Of a DNA stretch of 64,000 bases, positions 1 to 14,832 are shown in pieces. Below the pieces are notes generated by a model. That model saw only the letters and a program-made list of their open reading frames with translations. It was not told where the DNA came from and did no database searches. The first letter of the stretch is position 1, and the number at the start of each line of letters is the position of its first letter. The translations under genes were made by a program, and so were the position numbers. Source of the DNA: Tubulanus polymorphus (lineage: Eukaryota; Animalia; Nemertea); NCBI RefSeq assembly GCF_964204645.1, contig NC_134036.1:558001-622000 (forward strand). Reading direction: 5' to 3'.

Positions 1-3000
1 ACATTAATATACAATGAAAGCCTGCTATAGCGTTCTGCTTGCGCGTTTGGCTAATAGATTTTAAAAGGTTTTTGTTTATTTTACCGGTCAATGTTTGGGC
101 TATGTTCATTTGAGTCTGGTCTATGTATAGGGGACCTGATTATGGATTGTGCACCAGCAGACCCTATAGGCCTAATACATTCACCTCTACAACAATCTGA
201 ATTCAATCCAGAATATCTGTGATAACGATTCAACTCTGATAAAATATTGCGTCATTATTGAATCGTATATCGATTTGTATTGGGTCCGCTGTGTCTAGGG
301 TGGAGGGGGAGGGCAGGAAAGTTTGATTTCCTAAAAAGATAGAAATGTCGGTTTGATTTTTAAGAATGGTTTGATAGATAGCGAGTTAGACTTGTATTTG
401 TACAGCTGTCCCTGAACTATGTGACCTGAGGGAAAGAACCAGTCAGGGACCGGTACACTCCGTGGTGTAACATATGGTCGGCTTGTTGTATTATTTTGAG
501 TATTTCTCGGGGTGTATTAGACCCAGCTCTATGTCGTGTACATTACGCTTACATTGTCGGAAATATAGAAACTGCACTTGAGGATTGACAATTAAAATTG
601 AAATGTTTTCCTGAGTTTATGATGCTACAATTTTTCGATTTTATCCTTAATTTCTTCATGATTATCGTTGCAAGGATTCATAGTGTGTTTTAATCAATTG
701 TTAGTTAGCGGAATATTTTTCATGGATATAGAATTTTTTAAGCTTTTTTGGTTACGTTTTGTGGTAATTTCATTTCGGTCTGGCTACACGTCTTAGATGG
801 TGTAGAAGTTTGTAGTATATACTTGAGATGCCTCGTCGACTAAACTTTATTATCCATCCTCCAAAAGTCTTAAGATTCTGTGCAATGGTATCTCGATATC
901 TAGATGTGATGTACCTTTTCAACTTGACTGTTAATGGATAAAAAGTAATTTGAATTCAATCTGTGACTCATTTCCGTTTTAATCTCGTGCTTTGTCTCTC
1001 CTCCGGGCGGAGTAAGTTGAGTGTGCTGGAGTCTGGTGTAGGGTTTTAAAGTACTCCATGTTGTTTTATGTGAAGTTGTGTAAAGGTCATCGAGTTATTT
1101 ATATATCGAATTCAACTTTGTTTATTGGTAATGAACCTGTGCTGTTTATGAAAACATAAGCGGAAGGCACGCGCGAGCCTACTGCACTGCGCGTTCACTT
1201 ACTAGACTCTCTGGGGGTCAGATGAACTTTCTAGCAAGTCTTGGATATCTCGGCGCTTTGTTTGACGTTAACTCAGGATATCATAAATTCACCGCGGCGC
1301 GGTTCTCGCTGTTAATGAGATCTCACTATTTTATGTTCGTAAAAACAGGTCAGTTAAAATGTGAAATCGGCTTTTTTTGAAAAAATACAAAGATGGATTT
1401 AAGACATTTGAGTGACGTCTATAAACCGGACTGGACCGTGCGGTCATTGACTCTGGACCATGTGAGAGAGAGGTCATTGAGTGACCAGCTGACTTAAATA
1501 TGGATTTCTATGAGATATTGTGTTGCTCTGTTTAGTTGATAAAAAGCTTTGATAGGTCATCGCACCTGTAGGGGGGGTCAGCGCACCTGTACGTTCGGTC
1601 GCTGCGCATCAATAACAGGTGGTTTATTATACGCATCCAAACCTGTTGTTTAGAGGAATTTAAAAATGTCGTCCGTCTCTCCGCGCACACTGACTCAGTC
1701 GAGCAGTGGCGTCTATAATGAAATCTCGGTCATGGCATATATTACGCTGAACGACCCTGGATTATAGTTTGAAAGGCGCGCAATGTTTGAAATTCATGTT
1801 TTCGAGTGAAGAGATTCTCGTCGATCTTGTTGTTTATAATGAATGCGTCGCGGACGAATTTTTGAAATCGCACGGGAAAAATGGTCGATTTTTTTCGTCG
1901 GTTTGAAACGACAGGTTGTATTGTGCGTTACACAATGTTGCTTCTCTCTTGTGTCAAGTGCTGCTCTTTCTCCTCTCTTCTCCTCTCTCTCTTCTCTCTC
2001 TCTCCGTCTCATTGCGAAATACTAAATTTTGAATATAAACATCGCTGCTGCTGGTCCTCAGTCTTGTTGTTGTAATACTTAGTTGTGGTTGAATTATTTC
2101 ATCATAATTTGAGATGATTTCATAAAGAGATCATGAATTGTCATTATCTGAATGAGTTGTATTCTTGTATCTCGCACAGGTGGAATTTCCCACTGTTTAG
2201 ACCCCTGCAGGGTCGCATCAAATAATCCCCATTCAAATCAGGCGACATTCAGGTATTTATTACAATATGAAAATCCCTACATATCAGATTCCTGTGTCAT
2301 CAACATTTCTATAAAACTTATCAATGGGTCGAATGCACTTTCCCCGTCTGAAATAAGAACTTTGAAATAATTATTTTGTTCAAATTGAAAAACATGATTT
2401 CATGACTTAAATAGTCATCTAACGACTCCTAGAATTAGGTTTCATGACTTTGAATAGTCATCCAATGACTATAGAATCATCAAGTTTACTTTATAGTTGT
2501 TTTGCTATATTTTCTCATGACTGCGACCGAGCTGAGTCAGTCCCGGAGTCGAGCTGAGTCAGTCCCGGAGCCGAGCTGAGTCAACCCCCGGATGACGCTG
2601 ATGGTATTTTGTTGTTTTTTGTTTGGCAATTCACTTGTTACAACAATGAGTTCGATTGTAACCGGCGGTTACTTAACCACGATCTCGCGCGGGTTAGGTG
2701 GGCGTGAGTGAATTCTCATGTGAGAAATATCGTCAACACATGTGACTTTTTATTTTAAATCACATGTCATGTATAAACCTAAGCGGTTGTGGAGTATTGA
2801 ATACCTGTCTTTTCACCGGGATATTTGAAAAAAGATTTGTCCCGGTTCAGAAATTAAATCTATTGCTCGTTTGATTGATAACTGGAAATAGAGCTGTTTG
2901 GATTGGTCCTTGTTTTACAGAAAAATCTCATAAATTAAATTCATGTTCAGGAATGAAATAGTTTTGTCAATTTTCACCGGGTTTCTCATGAAACTGGGGC

Positions 3001-4449
3001 TCCACTGTGAAAACAGACCCTCGGGTTCCGCTCCACACACTACTCACGTATATATCTGGGCAGGTGTTTGAATTGTGAGAAACCAGGTCAATATTTCACT
3101 CACTGAAAAATGAAAATGTCACACGAGAGAGTTTGAGTTGAGAACCAGGTGGTTCAAACATACTAGTGACGTGATCAGAGTGGATGTCAGAGTGGATGAG
3201 AGGGGGTGAGGGGTTTGGAAATGATTTGTGCTATTATTGCTAGGTCTAAATATCTACGAATGTTGATGAAGAGTAGGTTGGGGGATGTCTAGTATTGATT
3301 GGGTAATAGTTCATGCATTACCCAGATAGGCAGCTATTATCATTCTATTGAGGAAATAAAGATATGTAGTTTAGATAAGTAGTTAGTTGAACTGGTCGTG
3401 GTTTGTCTTAGGCATGAAATATGCATGATTCTGTACGTATGGGTATGGGGGACTCTTTCTTCCCGATCCATCCGTCTGTTGAGGTCAGGAAGTCCACATC
3501 TGCAGTCATTAAGGCGTATATGATTTGAGATATCTGAGATCTTTCAGATTGATATCAGTTATAGGGGAGGGTGAGATATCTGAGATACTCGTCTCAAAGA
3601 TCTCAGATTCAGTTATAGGGGGTGAGATGTCTCAAAGATCTCAGACTGATCAGTTGTAGATATCTGAGATCTCTCAGGCACTGAGTTGAGATAACTGAGA
3701 TCTCTCAGACTCTGAGTTGAGATATCACCCTTTGGTAGTATTCTAGTACATGTCTCTAGTTTGATGACATATTTGAGTCTCACGCACATCAAATTATTCA
3801 TCATTCACAGCTGTTTGTTCAACGAAGAATATAACAATTCACGAAACCATTCACATTGGGACAATAGACGCATTGACTGAAGGGTATAGCCCCCTGGAGG
3901 AGGCTCGCTAGATCGTGATTACCTGAAGCCGGGAAATTTGATTCAAGGCTACACTACTGAACAGAAAGAAATAAATTGTCCTCAACAAATTGTGTCCGAT
4001 TTCATAGACATATAAGCCAAGCATTTTTGACCCGGGCCAAACTGGCCCGACCAAAAACGTCGGACCAGGCCCGAGCCAAATTTTAGCACCAGACAAATGA
4101 TTGCGTTTGAATTGCAACTGGCATCTGAAATGATCCACTTTGCTTTGTTTGAGCATTGTTTAATATCGAGAGAATGGTTTGCGTGTGAACACACTCTCTA
4201 ATTAGGCACAGGCCTGATCCGTGGCAATTTGGCCCGGGCCAAATCGTCTCGCGGCTATATTCTAGAAAAATACAATCAGAGTTAGTTAGAAAATAGTATC
4301 GCTTTTGTCGGAGTTAGTTCTTCAAAATCCACTGAGAAATTTAGAATTTTACTGAATCTCATGAAAATTTCATTCTTATCAAATGTATGAAAATAATTTA
4401 AAGGTCTATAGAATATTGTAAACATGTTTTGTTTGTTGTGTATTTTCAG

Positions 4450-7400
4450 AGAAGATGCGAAGTCACGTATTGAAGATATTCTGGACAGCGTTCGTCAATT
4501 ATCAGATGTGGAAAAACTGCTGTTATACCTCAAGCTACCGACCGGTACCCGTAGTAAGGATTTACCTCCTCAGTAAGTATTTACCCTCACTACTTAACCC
4601 TTAACATTGAGCACCAGGAAAGAATTCCAGAATCTGCAACCAATTGAAACTTGAAATGAAGTCTCAGTAGAACCAACACTGACAACTGTGCAACTGCATC
4701 CATATATATCTACACTGTCAATTGAATAGAGGGCCTTAATCAAAAATGAAAAGTCTATGATTTGACAAAAACTCTGAAATACAACTGCAATTTTTTTCAA
4801 TTCGTGAAATCTGTGTGGTCTTAATGTCAAAATGGACCTGAACAACTGATATAGAAATTAACGTAAAATCCTAATTGAAATCTGTTTTTGAAGAAATGAA
4901 ACGTTGATCGTATTTTCTTGATTAATAATCGTCAGTTGTTCAATAATTTCTGGTGATGATTTTGATGAAGATTCGTAAGTAATGAATAATAGATAATTCA
5001 CGACTGTATTTTATCTTATTTTGAGTCACCGAATAAATTTAGCATGTGCCAAAATTCTCTCAACGTATCATATTTCACTTTTATAGCATGTATCGACAAA
5101 AATTTAAATTTTTGTTACGTTGAAGAATGCTGTATCTAAATTCTGCTTTTTTCATATAAATGAATATATCTGATATTTTTACTTATCGACCACACTGTGA
5201 AATACTGTAAATAAGTACATAATGTACATGAGTTATATACTGTACACAAGTTATATACTGCTATGCATCAGTTCGATCCATGTTTCCACTTTTATCACAT
5301 ATTTCACCGACTGTCTTTAGTTCATACCCGCCCTGTGTTGTTTCTCCAAAAAAAATGTGTCCAATCCTTAAATCGACTTAATTTAATTCATTAATTCAAT
5401 TCATCTTAGAATCAAGAATTAAGAAGTAATTGTGAAATCTCAATCTAAAAGTAAAAACTGAACCGAAGTTTGATTATTAATGCGAGTGTTATGTATTTTA
5501 CAGAACTCCGTCATCGTCTCTGCATTTATCCAATCTCGAACATGCTCAGGCGTTTACGTGGATACAGAGCCACCTGGAGGAGGATAACGAAACTTGTCTA
5601 CGCAAAGATGAAGTCTACGACGACTACAAGTAAGTGTTGCCGTAGTTTCCGCGAGCCGCCCGCATTGTTGTATGTCATTTTGATTAAGTTCGAATTCTGT
5701 ATTTTTGAATTTTCAAACATTTTAAGAGATTTTCGTTTAGTCTCTATGGTTACTAACTGTTGCAATAGTTAATTTGAATATTTGAATGTTGTATTGTAGG
5801 ATGTATTGCGAGACGAATTGTATGAAACCGTTGAATACGGCCGATTTCGGGAAAGTGATGAAACGCGCGTTTCCTAACGTGAAACCACGGCGACTAGGTC
5901 AACGCGGACAATCAAAATATTGTTACAGCGGGCTACGCAAGAAAGTCGAACTTCAACCTCCGTCGTTACCTGACCTCGGAGAAACGTGCGAACCAATCGC
6001 TGTAAGTACTCTCTTCTATTCCACCTATGATGTCATCATTACCAAGTGACTCTTCATTTCCCCCTATGACATCATTAGAAAGTCTCTTCAATTCCCCCTA
6101 TGACGTCATTAGAAAGTGTCTCTTCAATTCCCCCTATGACATCATTAGAAAGTGTCTCTTCAATTCCCCCTATGACATCATTACGAAGTGTCTCTTCAAT
6201 TCCCCCTATGACGTCATTAGAAAGTGTCTCTTCATTTCCACCTATGACATCATTACGAAGTGACTCCAATTCCCCCTATCACATGATTATGAAGTAAGTT
6301 GTTTCACTTGGCCCCGGTTTGTAATAAGTTTGGTTGTGATTTCAGGATCCACAGAAGAGCGGTGAAGATGAACTGATGCCTGAGTGTATCGCGTTGGTTT
6401 GTGAATGGGCTGAGAATTTGCTCGGTCGCGGTTTCAACAACGTACGAGAACTGGCCGAACATTTACTCAGTAATCTCTACGTGAACAGTAAATCAACGGC
6501 GGCATTCGCGCTGACGGCTGCCATGCAGAAACCAGCCACGAGTAACGGCTCGAAAAGTAAGTTTCCTCATTGTCTCGTACAACTTCAAACCTCGGTTCCA
6601 ACAAATCAATGTCTCATTAAATTGACGAAAAACCCACCAGTAAAAAAAACTAATAGAAGATTTTGTCATTTCAACCCAAATGCTGTAAGCCACATCTGCT
6701 CTAGTTTTCCGTTTCGAAAATGGCTCAAATTGTCAAAATCCTCTATTAGTTATAATCGGTTATTGTGTAGTTTTTCTCCAAATTCTGATCCTGTTTTATT
6801 TGTGGGGTCAGTTGGTCAAAAATTGGTTAAAGATAACCGGCGTAAATACCATAGTTACAACGAAGTTTTAATTGTCAATATCCACTGGTTAACTACAACC
6901 AACCTTTGACCAACTGTAGATCTGTGGTCTCTGTTAAAACTTGAACCATAGATTTAAATGATTGAATATGAACTGATAGTGATGTATTTTGTGCATTGAG
7001 CCATAACTGCTGTAGTCTCTTAGAGAATAAATCCATTGGCTCAAAATCGGAAATGTCAAAACCTTCTATTAGTTGCACTTGGTTGTTGTGGATTTTTTCT
7101 TCAAATTCCAATACTGTTTTGTCGTAAACCTCAGAGGCTGCAGTTGCTCAAAAGATAAATACCATAGTAATAATGAACTATCCACTGGTAAACTTTTGAA
7201 CAAACTGCAGCCCCACATTCTCTGTTAGAACTTGACACAAGATTCAAATGATTTTAAAGATGAACTAACAGTGTTTATGTATTTGTGTGTTTTAGTGCCT
7301 GTCTCCTCGTTATTCGCTAGTCAAAGTTCCGGTCGCGGAGCTCAAGTACAACTTCAACGTCGAATCAAAGAACGTGAATTACTGCGCGAAACCAAGAGTA

Positions 7401-10165
7401 AAATCGCACAACAGCGCGAGGAATCTACGATAAAACAAGAACCGCAGCAGATACCGACGACCGCAGCTGCACCGGCCGCTGCCGTCGCCGGTAACAACCG
7501 CAGACGTTCGATTAAAACTAAACTGTTCAGTCCGCCGGTCGGAACGTGTAACGCCGTTCAACCGACGCAAAGTTCGGCCATTTCCTCAACGGCTCCGTCT
7601 GCTCAACAAGGTCACGGTCGACCGATGCCGTTTATACCGCCGCCGCACATGGGCGGAGGAATGCCGCACGTACCGATGCACGTAGAGGGCGCCGCGTTCG
7701 ATCCGATGGCGTGGAGACAGCCTCAGTTACAGTTCCCGATGACGCCCGGTCACGGGATGCCCGGAACGCCGGGAACTCCGTTCGGAACTCCGGGAACGCC
7801 GTTTGGTAATCCGTTACTCGACCCGCCGACGCCGTTTAAAAACATGCCACCAGGTGGCGACCCGGGATTACCGTATCCAATGCATCCACGCGGGAATCTG
7901 GATCCGTCTCCGCGCAGCGCGTTTATACCGGTTACGACCAACAGTCCAGTTACACCAGGGCCGATAGGTGGCGCTCCGAAACAACTCTCTAAACCGGAAC
8001 ATCCTCGGTTAGAATCGATTCTGAAAGGTGAACTACAATCTCACATGTATCCACCTCCGCCCGAGTATCTACAACAACAGATGGCGCCACCGCAGATACA
8101 ACATATTCCAGGTCGCGGTGGAGCCGGCGGTCAGCAGCAGCAGCAGCATCACGAGAGCGTTCTACAAACACCGACGAAACCGTCGGACGGCGGGCTGATG
8201 GTTCCGCAATTACACATTCCTCAAATACAACCATCTCCGACTAAACGTAAATTCACTCCGATAAAACCGAAATGTCCGACGGGGAAAACCGTATCGAGCA
8301 TGTTGAAAGAGGCGCGAGGTTTCGGGCCGGAGAGCGTCGATCAGATCAACAATCCATTCCTTAACGATATGAGACCGGTGTCGGCGATACTGAAAGAATC
8401 GCGCGACGCCCAGCAACAGCGTGGTCACATGACCGGCGGTCCGATGACTCCGACGCAGATTCAACAGAAATTCACGTTCGAGAATTTCAACGCGAATATG
8501 AAACGTCCGCGCGGACGATCGGGCGGGGAACCGCAGAGCGCCAGTAAACGACAGATACAGGAATCGCAGGATCAGCCGGGAACGCCGAAATGTGTCGACG
8601 TGTTCATCCCTCCAGCTCCGGCCGGTTTAAACACGAGCGTTACGACCTCGACCAGTCGACTCTCGATCGACGACCTCAGCATCAGCAGTTTAGAAAACGA
8701 TTCGCTATTAGAATTCTTGAACTCGGGTGCGAATCCGCTCGATTCGAGCGACGGAGGAGGAATGAATCGGAGTCGCTCCGGCGGAGGAGGACAGTTTATA
8801 CATCCCTCCGGATTACCTCAAACACCTCATTACACGCAGTTAGAACTACTCGATCCTCCGACACCGTTTAAAAACACGGCTCACCTCCGAGCGTCGGCCG
8901 CGCAATCCGCTCAACAACAATCACAATTACCGATGAGTCCGTTAGTCGCCGGTAGCAACGCGTCTGCCGGGTTCGTACCGACTAGTTCCGTTCAATCGTT
9001 TCATCCGCCGCCACCAGAGGGCTCCGTCGATATGTATATGAGTCATCCGTCGCCGCAGCAACAACAACAACAATCGAGTCCTCAACGACGACGACCTTCA
9101 TTCGGTGAATATTACGAGCATGCGGCTCAGTTTCAAGGTCGTCCGCCGCAGCACGCGAAAAAGAAAGATTCGAAGAAGTTGATGGCAGCAGCAGCAGCAG
9201 CAGGCGGGAACCAATCAAAAACATTCCTGAACTACCCGCAGTCTACAGCGACCGTACCGAGTCCGCAATCACTCAGTCCGGAACGGAGTCCGCGTCCACC
9301 GTCTCACCACCAGGTGTCGCCACAAGATGCCGGTACATCAGTGAAATCATCGTCGGCCGTAACAATGACGTCGTCTGCCTCGTCGCTAGGCAACCGTTAC
9401 GCCGCGGAACAAGCGTGGGGCGCGATGAGTCGAGCGTCGGAACGAGGCTTAGCCCCGCCTCCTCCGAGTTATAATAGTCAACATCGTCGTATGTCTGGTG
9501 GCGCCCCCACCGGTCATCCTCAACACTACCGACCGCAGCAGATCAATGATATGATGTGTCCTCAATCACCGAATATATATCCATCATCCGATCAGCAGCA
9601 GCAGCAGCAGCAATCGCTATGCCAACAACCGAACTATTGGAGTAATTTACCTCCGTCTTATAGACATATCACACCGGTAACCAATCAGCCGGCTTCAAAT
9701 ACACCGGGCCGTCCGGGCCCGCGGACACAGAAACTCAGTCCCGGGCGAGCCGTTAAAGTCAACACTCAACCGCCACCAGGGGGAGCTAATCAACAACAGC
9801 CACCACCAGGGGGAGCTAGTAGCGGTTTAAACGTGAGCGATGAATTACAGTCGACGTTGGACGTTTTGAGAGATTTCGATACTCAATATTTCAATCAGAG
9901 CGGAGACGTCGATTCTGGTGACGACCCGTCGCTACGGCAACAACGAGCGTTATCACCGGCCGATCTTATACGTAACGAGTTCGCCGGAATATTCGGCAGT
10001 TCGATCGGCGGAGGACAGGTGGCGCCGCCGTCGTCGACGAGGCGATCGACTTCCGATCAGAATCAGGTCGTACCGCCAGAGGGCGCTTTAACGCCCGATA
10101 CGGACGTTTTCATCGTGGAGAATTTAACATCGAATAAATACAGTCGCACCGTGACAACGAGATGA
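4450..10165 (+). CDS. RFX7: RFX5/RFX7-type regulatory factor X transcription factor, 5'-partial; exons 4450-4572, 5504-5629, 5800-6001, 6346-6556, 7296-10165
   Basis: Spliced translation gives the RFX5/7 N-terminal segment ([26 protein letters not shown]), the RFX winged-helix domain ([33 protein letters not shown]...[35 protein letters not shown]), a PxLPxL motif (PSLPDL), [10 protein letters not shown], then a ~950-aa P/Q/S-rich last exon. All junctions are GT-AG with matching phases (2,2,0,1). The start exon was not found. Confidence 0.9.
6020..6290. repeat. 42-bp minisatellite, about 6 copies, in an RFX intron
   Basis: Tandem cccctatgacatcattagaaagtgtctcttcaattc-like unit. Confidence 0.9.
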
Positions 10166-11889
10166 CACGATAATTAATTAGCGTTTAATTAACCTAATTA
10201 GTGTTAGGTTTATAATGTAGTGTAATATAGATATAGTTTATTTGTGCTATCGTTTAACAAATAAGATTCAATGTTTTGACATATCAGTGAACTATGTATG
10301 GAATTTCAAAATAAGGGATAGGTTTATTTGAGGGTTTAGGGTCAGCTGGTTCTCAAAACATCAAATTAAACTCCTAAATGCTAGTCCTTAAAAAGATTGA
10401 ATTTATAACAAAATGATTGTTTAAGATTTTTGTGAAATTGAATTGAGGACTCAGTGGTGTTTATGCGTTGTAAGTTTTCAAACCATTTTGTTGCTATTCA
10501 GATTTTACAGAAAGTCAGGAAATCTCTATTTTTGTCGTAATCGTCCTAGATTGAGCTAGGATATTAATCAGATTGAGCTAGGATATTATTTGTTGGTTTA
10601 ATTTCGACAAATTCTTGGTTCCTCGTGAACCAAGAATTTATTATCAATACTATTAAATCAAGACTTTTCGAAATATTTAAAAATACATGTATTTCAATAA
10701 TTCGTCATTTTTCTCGCTCAAGTTATTTTCAGGCTTCCTTTTCATGCTTTCGATTTTTTCGCGATGAATCGGTTCGATTCAAATTCTCGCGATTCATTCA
10801 GTTTTCGTTTGAATGATTCGCCAGAAAAAATAACGAAAAGGAAGCCGAAATAATTTTTGAAACTTCAAAATTTTGAAACTTATTTTCAAAAGCTTTGTCC
10901 AATTTTCTTAAACATATTTATTTAGTTCAGTTCATCAGTTAACTATCTTTGACAATCTCTTGTAAATTACTAATGCATCTCTTAGTAAATTGTCATTATC
11001 TTTTTCGATTTCTCGAGCTTCCGTACAATCTTTCAATCTCAACATTTTGTAAATCAGGTAATTCACACAAACTGCCTCTCGCTGAGAATTTGAGTTTAAT
11101 CTTCTGACACCACAAAGAACAAATAGATGTAGACACATATATTATATATATATGACATCAATAAAGCTTCGGGCATTTCCTGCTGGGCATAAATGTACCT
11201 AAGATAAACAGCCTGAGGTGTAGAATGGCTAGAATGACATGTCTCCTATTGATAATAGTGGGTATTGTCGGGATTAGAAAATGTAAAACCGATAATGTAT
11301 GAAGGTATAGAGAGACTGTGGCTATCAGAGCGTAGAGGGTTAATAGCGTTTAATTATACAGTGATGTAATAGTGTTATTTAGGATTTCCTTCCTGTTCTG
11401 TATAACCCTTCATATCACCTCCTCACCTGGGATTGCGCCTATAGAAAGTGAGCGTATATTACTAATCCTTTGAGCAATTACTCTAGTGAAATTTGTTGTG
11501 AACATTACTTCAAAATATTTCTGATCCTTTAGATAGATATAATACAGTTGAACTTGCCCAATTCGGAATTTACAATCCAGATTTTCACTTAATTCTGATG
11601 AAGTATTTGGTTCATTTTACCTGGAACCGTGGAAACTCTCATTCGTGAATTAAAATTTTACTTAATTTGAAGAAATCTGGGGGCAATCCCCTAGTCATCC
11701 GAATTACAGTTAGTTCTACTGTCCAAAAATTACTGAGTTTTGCACCTAATTTCTAAAAGTATGAAAATGATTTCCGAAGTTTCCTTTTAAGTTTAGTTAA
11801 ACTCATTAAGAGAACTGTGGAACTAGATCCCGATCTGCTATGATATTTGATATTATAAGATAATGATTTGTGAGATTTCTTTGTTCCAA

Positions 11890-12016
11890 TTTGAACTAGA
11901 GTTCAAACACTGGGTGCCTGTAATTAGGTTATTTGAACCTGGAGTTCAAACACTGGGTGCCTGTAATTAGGTTATTTGAACCTGGAGTTCAAACACTGGG
12001 TGCCTGTAATTAGGTA
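11890..12016. repeat. ~43-bp tandem repeat, 3 copies
   Basis: gaacctggagttcaaacactgggtgcctgtaattaggttattt repeated. Confidence 0.9.
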
Positions 12017-13499
12017 ATTGTTAGTGTTAATTGAACTGCAGTTTTGCAGTTTCTGTAGTTAGTGTCAACGCTCCCACTGTGCGATCCCCTTCTCACTAGG
12101 GGGTGCTGTCATTGCCAGACCTTTTTACACATACTAGGGGGTCAGTGGGCCAGCGGGGAGGTGTTCGGCATGTTTATGTCATTTCTGCCAAATTATTTTG
12201 CATTTAGCGAACATTATACAATTGGTAGATTTTTACGGAGATTTTTTCCTGATATTGTCTTAAAACCTATTATAACAAGTATCACTTTTTGAACTGTTTT
12301 TAGGACAGTTTTTTTTACGCATTTACACTGTTTTTGATACTGAATATAGCGGGGAGTTTTTTCCATACCATTTTTGGATCATTTTTATCGTCATATCAAC
12401 ACTTCGTATATCGTTTCTGGTTTATCATTTACTTACGTCAATTTTTATACAGCCCCAAAATTTTCTACTTAATTTATTTAAACCTGAATAATCTTAATTA
12501 AACCAGTCTCTTGACATGATCAATTTATTGTTTTATTCGTGTGTTTTAATGACAATAGTTTTTTTGAATTGCGCAGAATTTTTGTCTGAGGGGTTCGGGG
12601 CATTGGAAGCACGGATGTTTTATAGATATCCAGTTTTTAAAAGGTCTGTCTTGATTTAACCGGACAGCTGGTCTGTTAACGGAAAATTGCATTTATTTTC
12701 AATGTAGAAGTCGTCTTAATTTTGTTAGACCTCACGGAATATTTAAACAGTGAGTTCTGAAAAAGGTAACGACGCTATTTTGAATATTTAGTAATGATAA
12801 TTATCAGATAGATGGCTAATTAATTATATTTAATTTATTATTATTAATTATTATAAAACCGATATTTAATTCTGATGATATCAGTTTCGTTGTACAGAGT
12901 GTGAAACTGGGAATAATTTAAACATGTTTTAGTCAGATATACATAGATAATGATTGTAGGTAATTAGCTAATTATTCTGTCCACTTATTAATCATTAGAA
13001 AGTCAATTAGCTAATTAATTGTAAATAGTTTCTGTGCTAACGATTATTTGTAAATATCGACGACATAAATTTTTAGTCAGTAGAACGTGACCGGTTCAGC
13101 GCCACCTGGTGACGGTAAGCCGAAGTAGTCGCGACCTTCGGTTTATAGTCAAAGGTCGCGCATCGATTTTTGTCTAATCATTATGTAAATTTATTCATCC
13201 TTGTTGTCATCTATGTGTACTTAATATGTAAATTAGCCACGCGCGTCATTTGCATTTATGTAAATAATCAATATTCTACGGTACCTTTACCGGTATATAT
13301 TATATGTAAATTCGAGTCATGTGATTGAATTTGTGAAGTTTGATTGGTGGACGTATATTGTTGTAATATGTAAATGAATGATATCATTATTATAATCGCA
13401 CGCGTGTGTCTGTTGGAATTATGTAAATTTATGTAAATGTGGGGTATGTAAATATAATGTTGTTTTTTTTTCCATCTAATTTCAATCAATGATTGCAAT

Positions 13500-13505
13500 A
13501 ATAAA
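13500..13505 (+). terminator. Candidate distal polyadenylation signal of the RFX gene
   Basis: AATAAA followed by GT/T-rich sequence after a 3'UTR-like stretch. Confidence 0.4.
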
Positions 13506-14826
13506 CTATTAATCCTATATTTAACACTGTTTTGTATCTAGTATGGATTATATATTGTAATCTGAGGTCAGTCGGTGACCCAGCTACCAAGCCTGACTGA
13601 CTTCACTTCAATGAATCAATTCATATCCACTTCTTTCATCTTATGGGTCAAACTTATTCGTATATCTATCTAAGACTTATATAGTTAGATAGAGGTGTAC
13701 ATTCATCTGTTTGGCGAGTCCATAGTCCCGACCCACAGTGGATAAGTCAGCTGTCCTGCAGTCCATTAGTCAGCAGCCACCTCTGTGGATAAGAAGCACA
13801 GCAGTTCTACCAGTGAACAAGTAGCCCAGCAGTCCTCTCGGTGGATAAGTGGATAAAGGACCAGCGGTAGTGGGAAGCATGCCAGCAGTCCCATCATCAT
13901 AGACCGGCAGAAGTCCCCTTATTGCAGTCAATTTTTGGAGCAACTGTAACACAACGTTCATGGATATAGTGAAATAACTATTTGGATACTGGTATATTGT
14001 CTGTGTTAATAGTTTTTTGTAAGGAATGACTTGATTGGAGAGGATCGATTAGACTAATTTCATGACACTCACAAGATTGATTCAAAGGAAAAAGCATTAA
14101 ACAGATATCATCAACCATCATCAGAAAGAATAGAAAGGTAAGAATTTCACTACTATTTCACTGATAGTTTTCTTTTACTTTAATGAGACCTCCACAAATA
14201 GATAGATTGGTAATATCAAATAGATGTCAGATACTTCTAACATCTAAATCAGATTATTTCAAATTACAAGGGGTGACAAGTGGACAAAATAAGCCAATCA
14301 TCAAACTCATTTGCATATTGTCAGTGGCAGCACCTGGACTGTGGCCATCACTAAGTCGAAGATTATGCTAATTTAAAACTAAGCAGAACTCATGAAGTTA
14401 TGCAGCCTAGGATTAGTGATCAATCTCTGAATCGTTCCTGTTTTGTGTAGTCGGTGCCTAGCTGATCAGTCTCGACAATGACTGGTCTCAAACTTAAGTT
14501 CTGGGTTCACCCAGTCCTGGCAGTGTTTTTGTATCCACAGTGGTCTCTGCGGTTCATCAGACACTAACATTAACAGACCTTCACTCAGTCCTCTGCCTCC
14601 ACAGTGATCTCCGTCGCTCTACGATCCTAGTGTATCCACTCTGAGAGACCGTCCTGTCCTGAGTCCGACTATCTGAGGGACTTTTTGAGTCTGACTGCGA
14701 CACTGTCCTGGGTACGAGGATGATTCCATTCTGAATTTCTAAATTCTTTTCGATCAAACTTTGAATATTTATTTGAAACACACGAGGAAAAAACATAAGT
14801 CAAATTTTTCTTCAGTCATTATTAAG

Positions 14827-14832
14827 TTTATT
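14827..14832 (-). terminator. Candidate MNS1 polyadenylation signal
   Basis: tttatt (AATAAA on -) about 310 nt past the stop codon. Confidence 0.4.

Noticed and set aside
1-4449. Start exon of the RFX gene
   Set aside because: No convincing ATG exon with a phase-2 donor was found; it probably lies upstream of the window.
13560-14760. Possible TEX9 or other small gene between RFX and MNS1
   Set aside because: No coiled-coil exons or consistent splice pattern; looks like degenerate repeat sequence.
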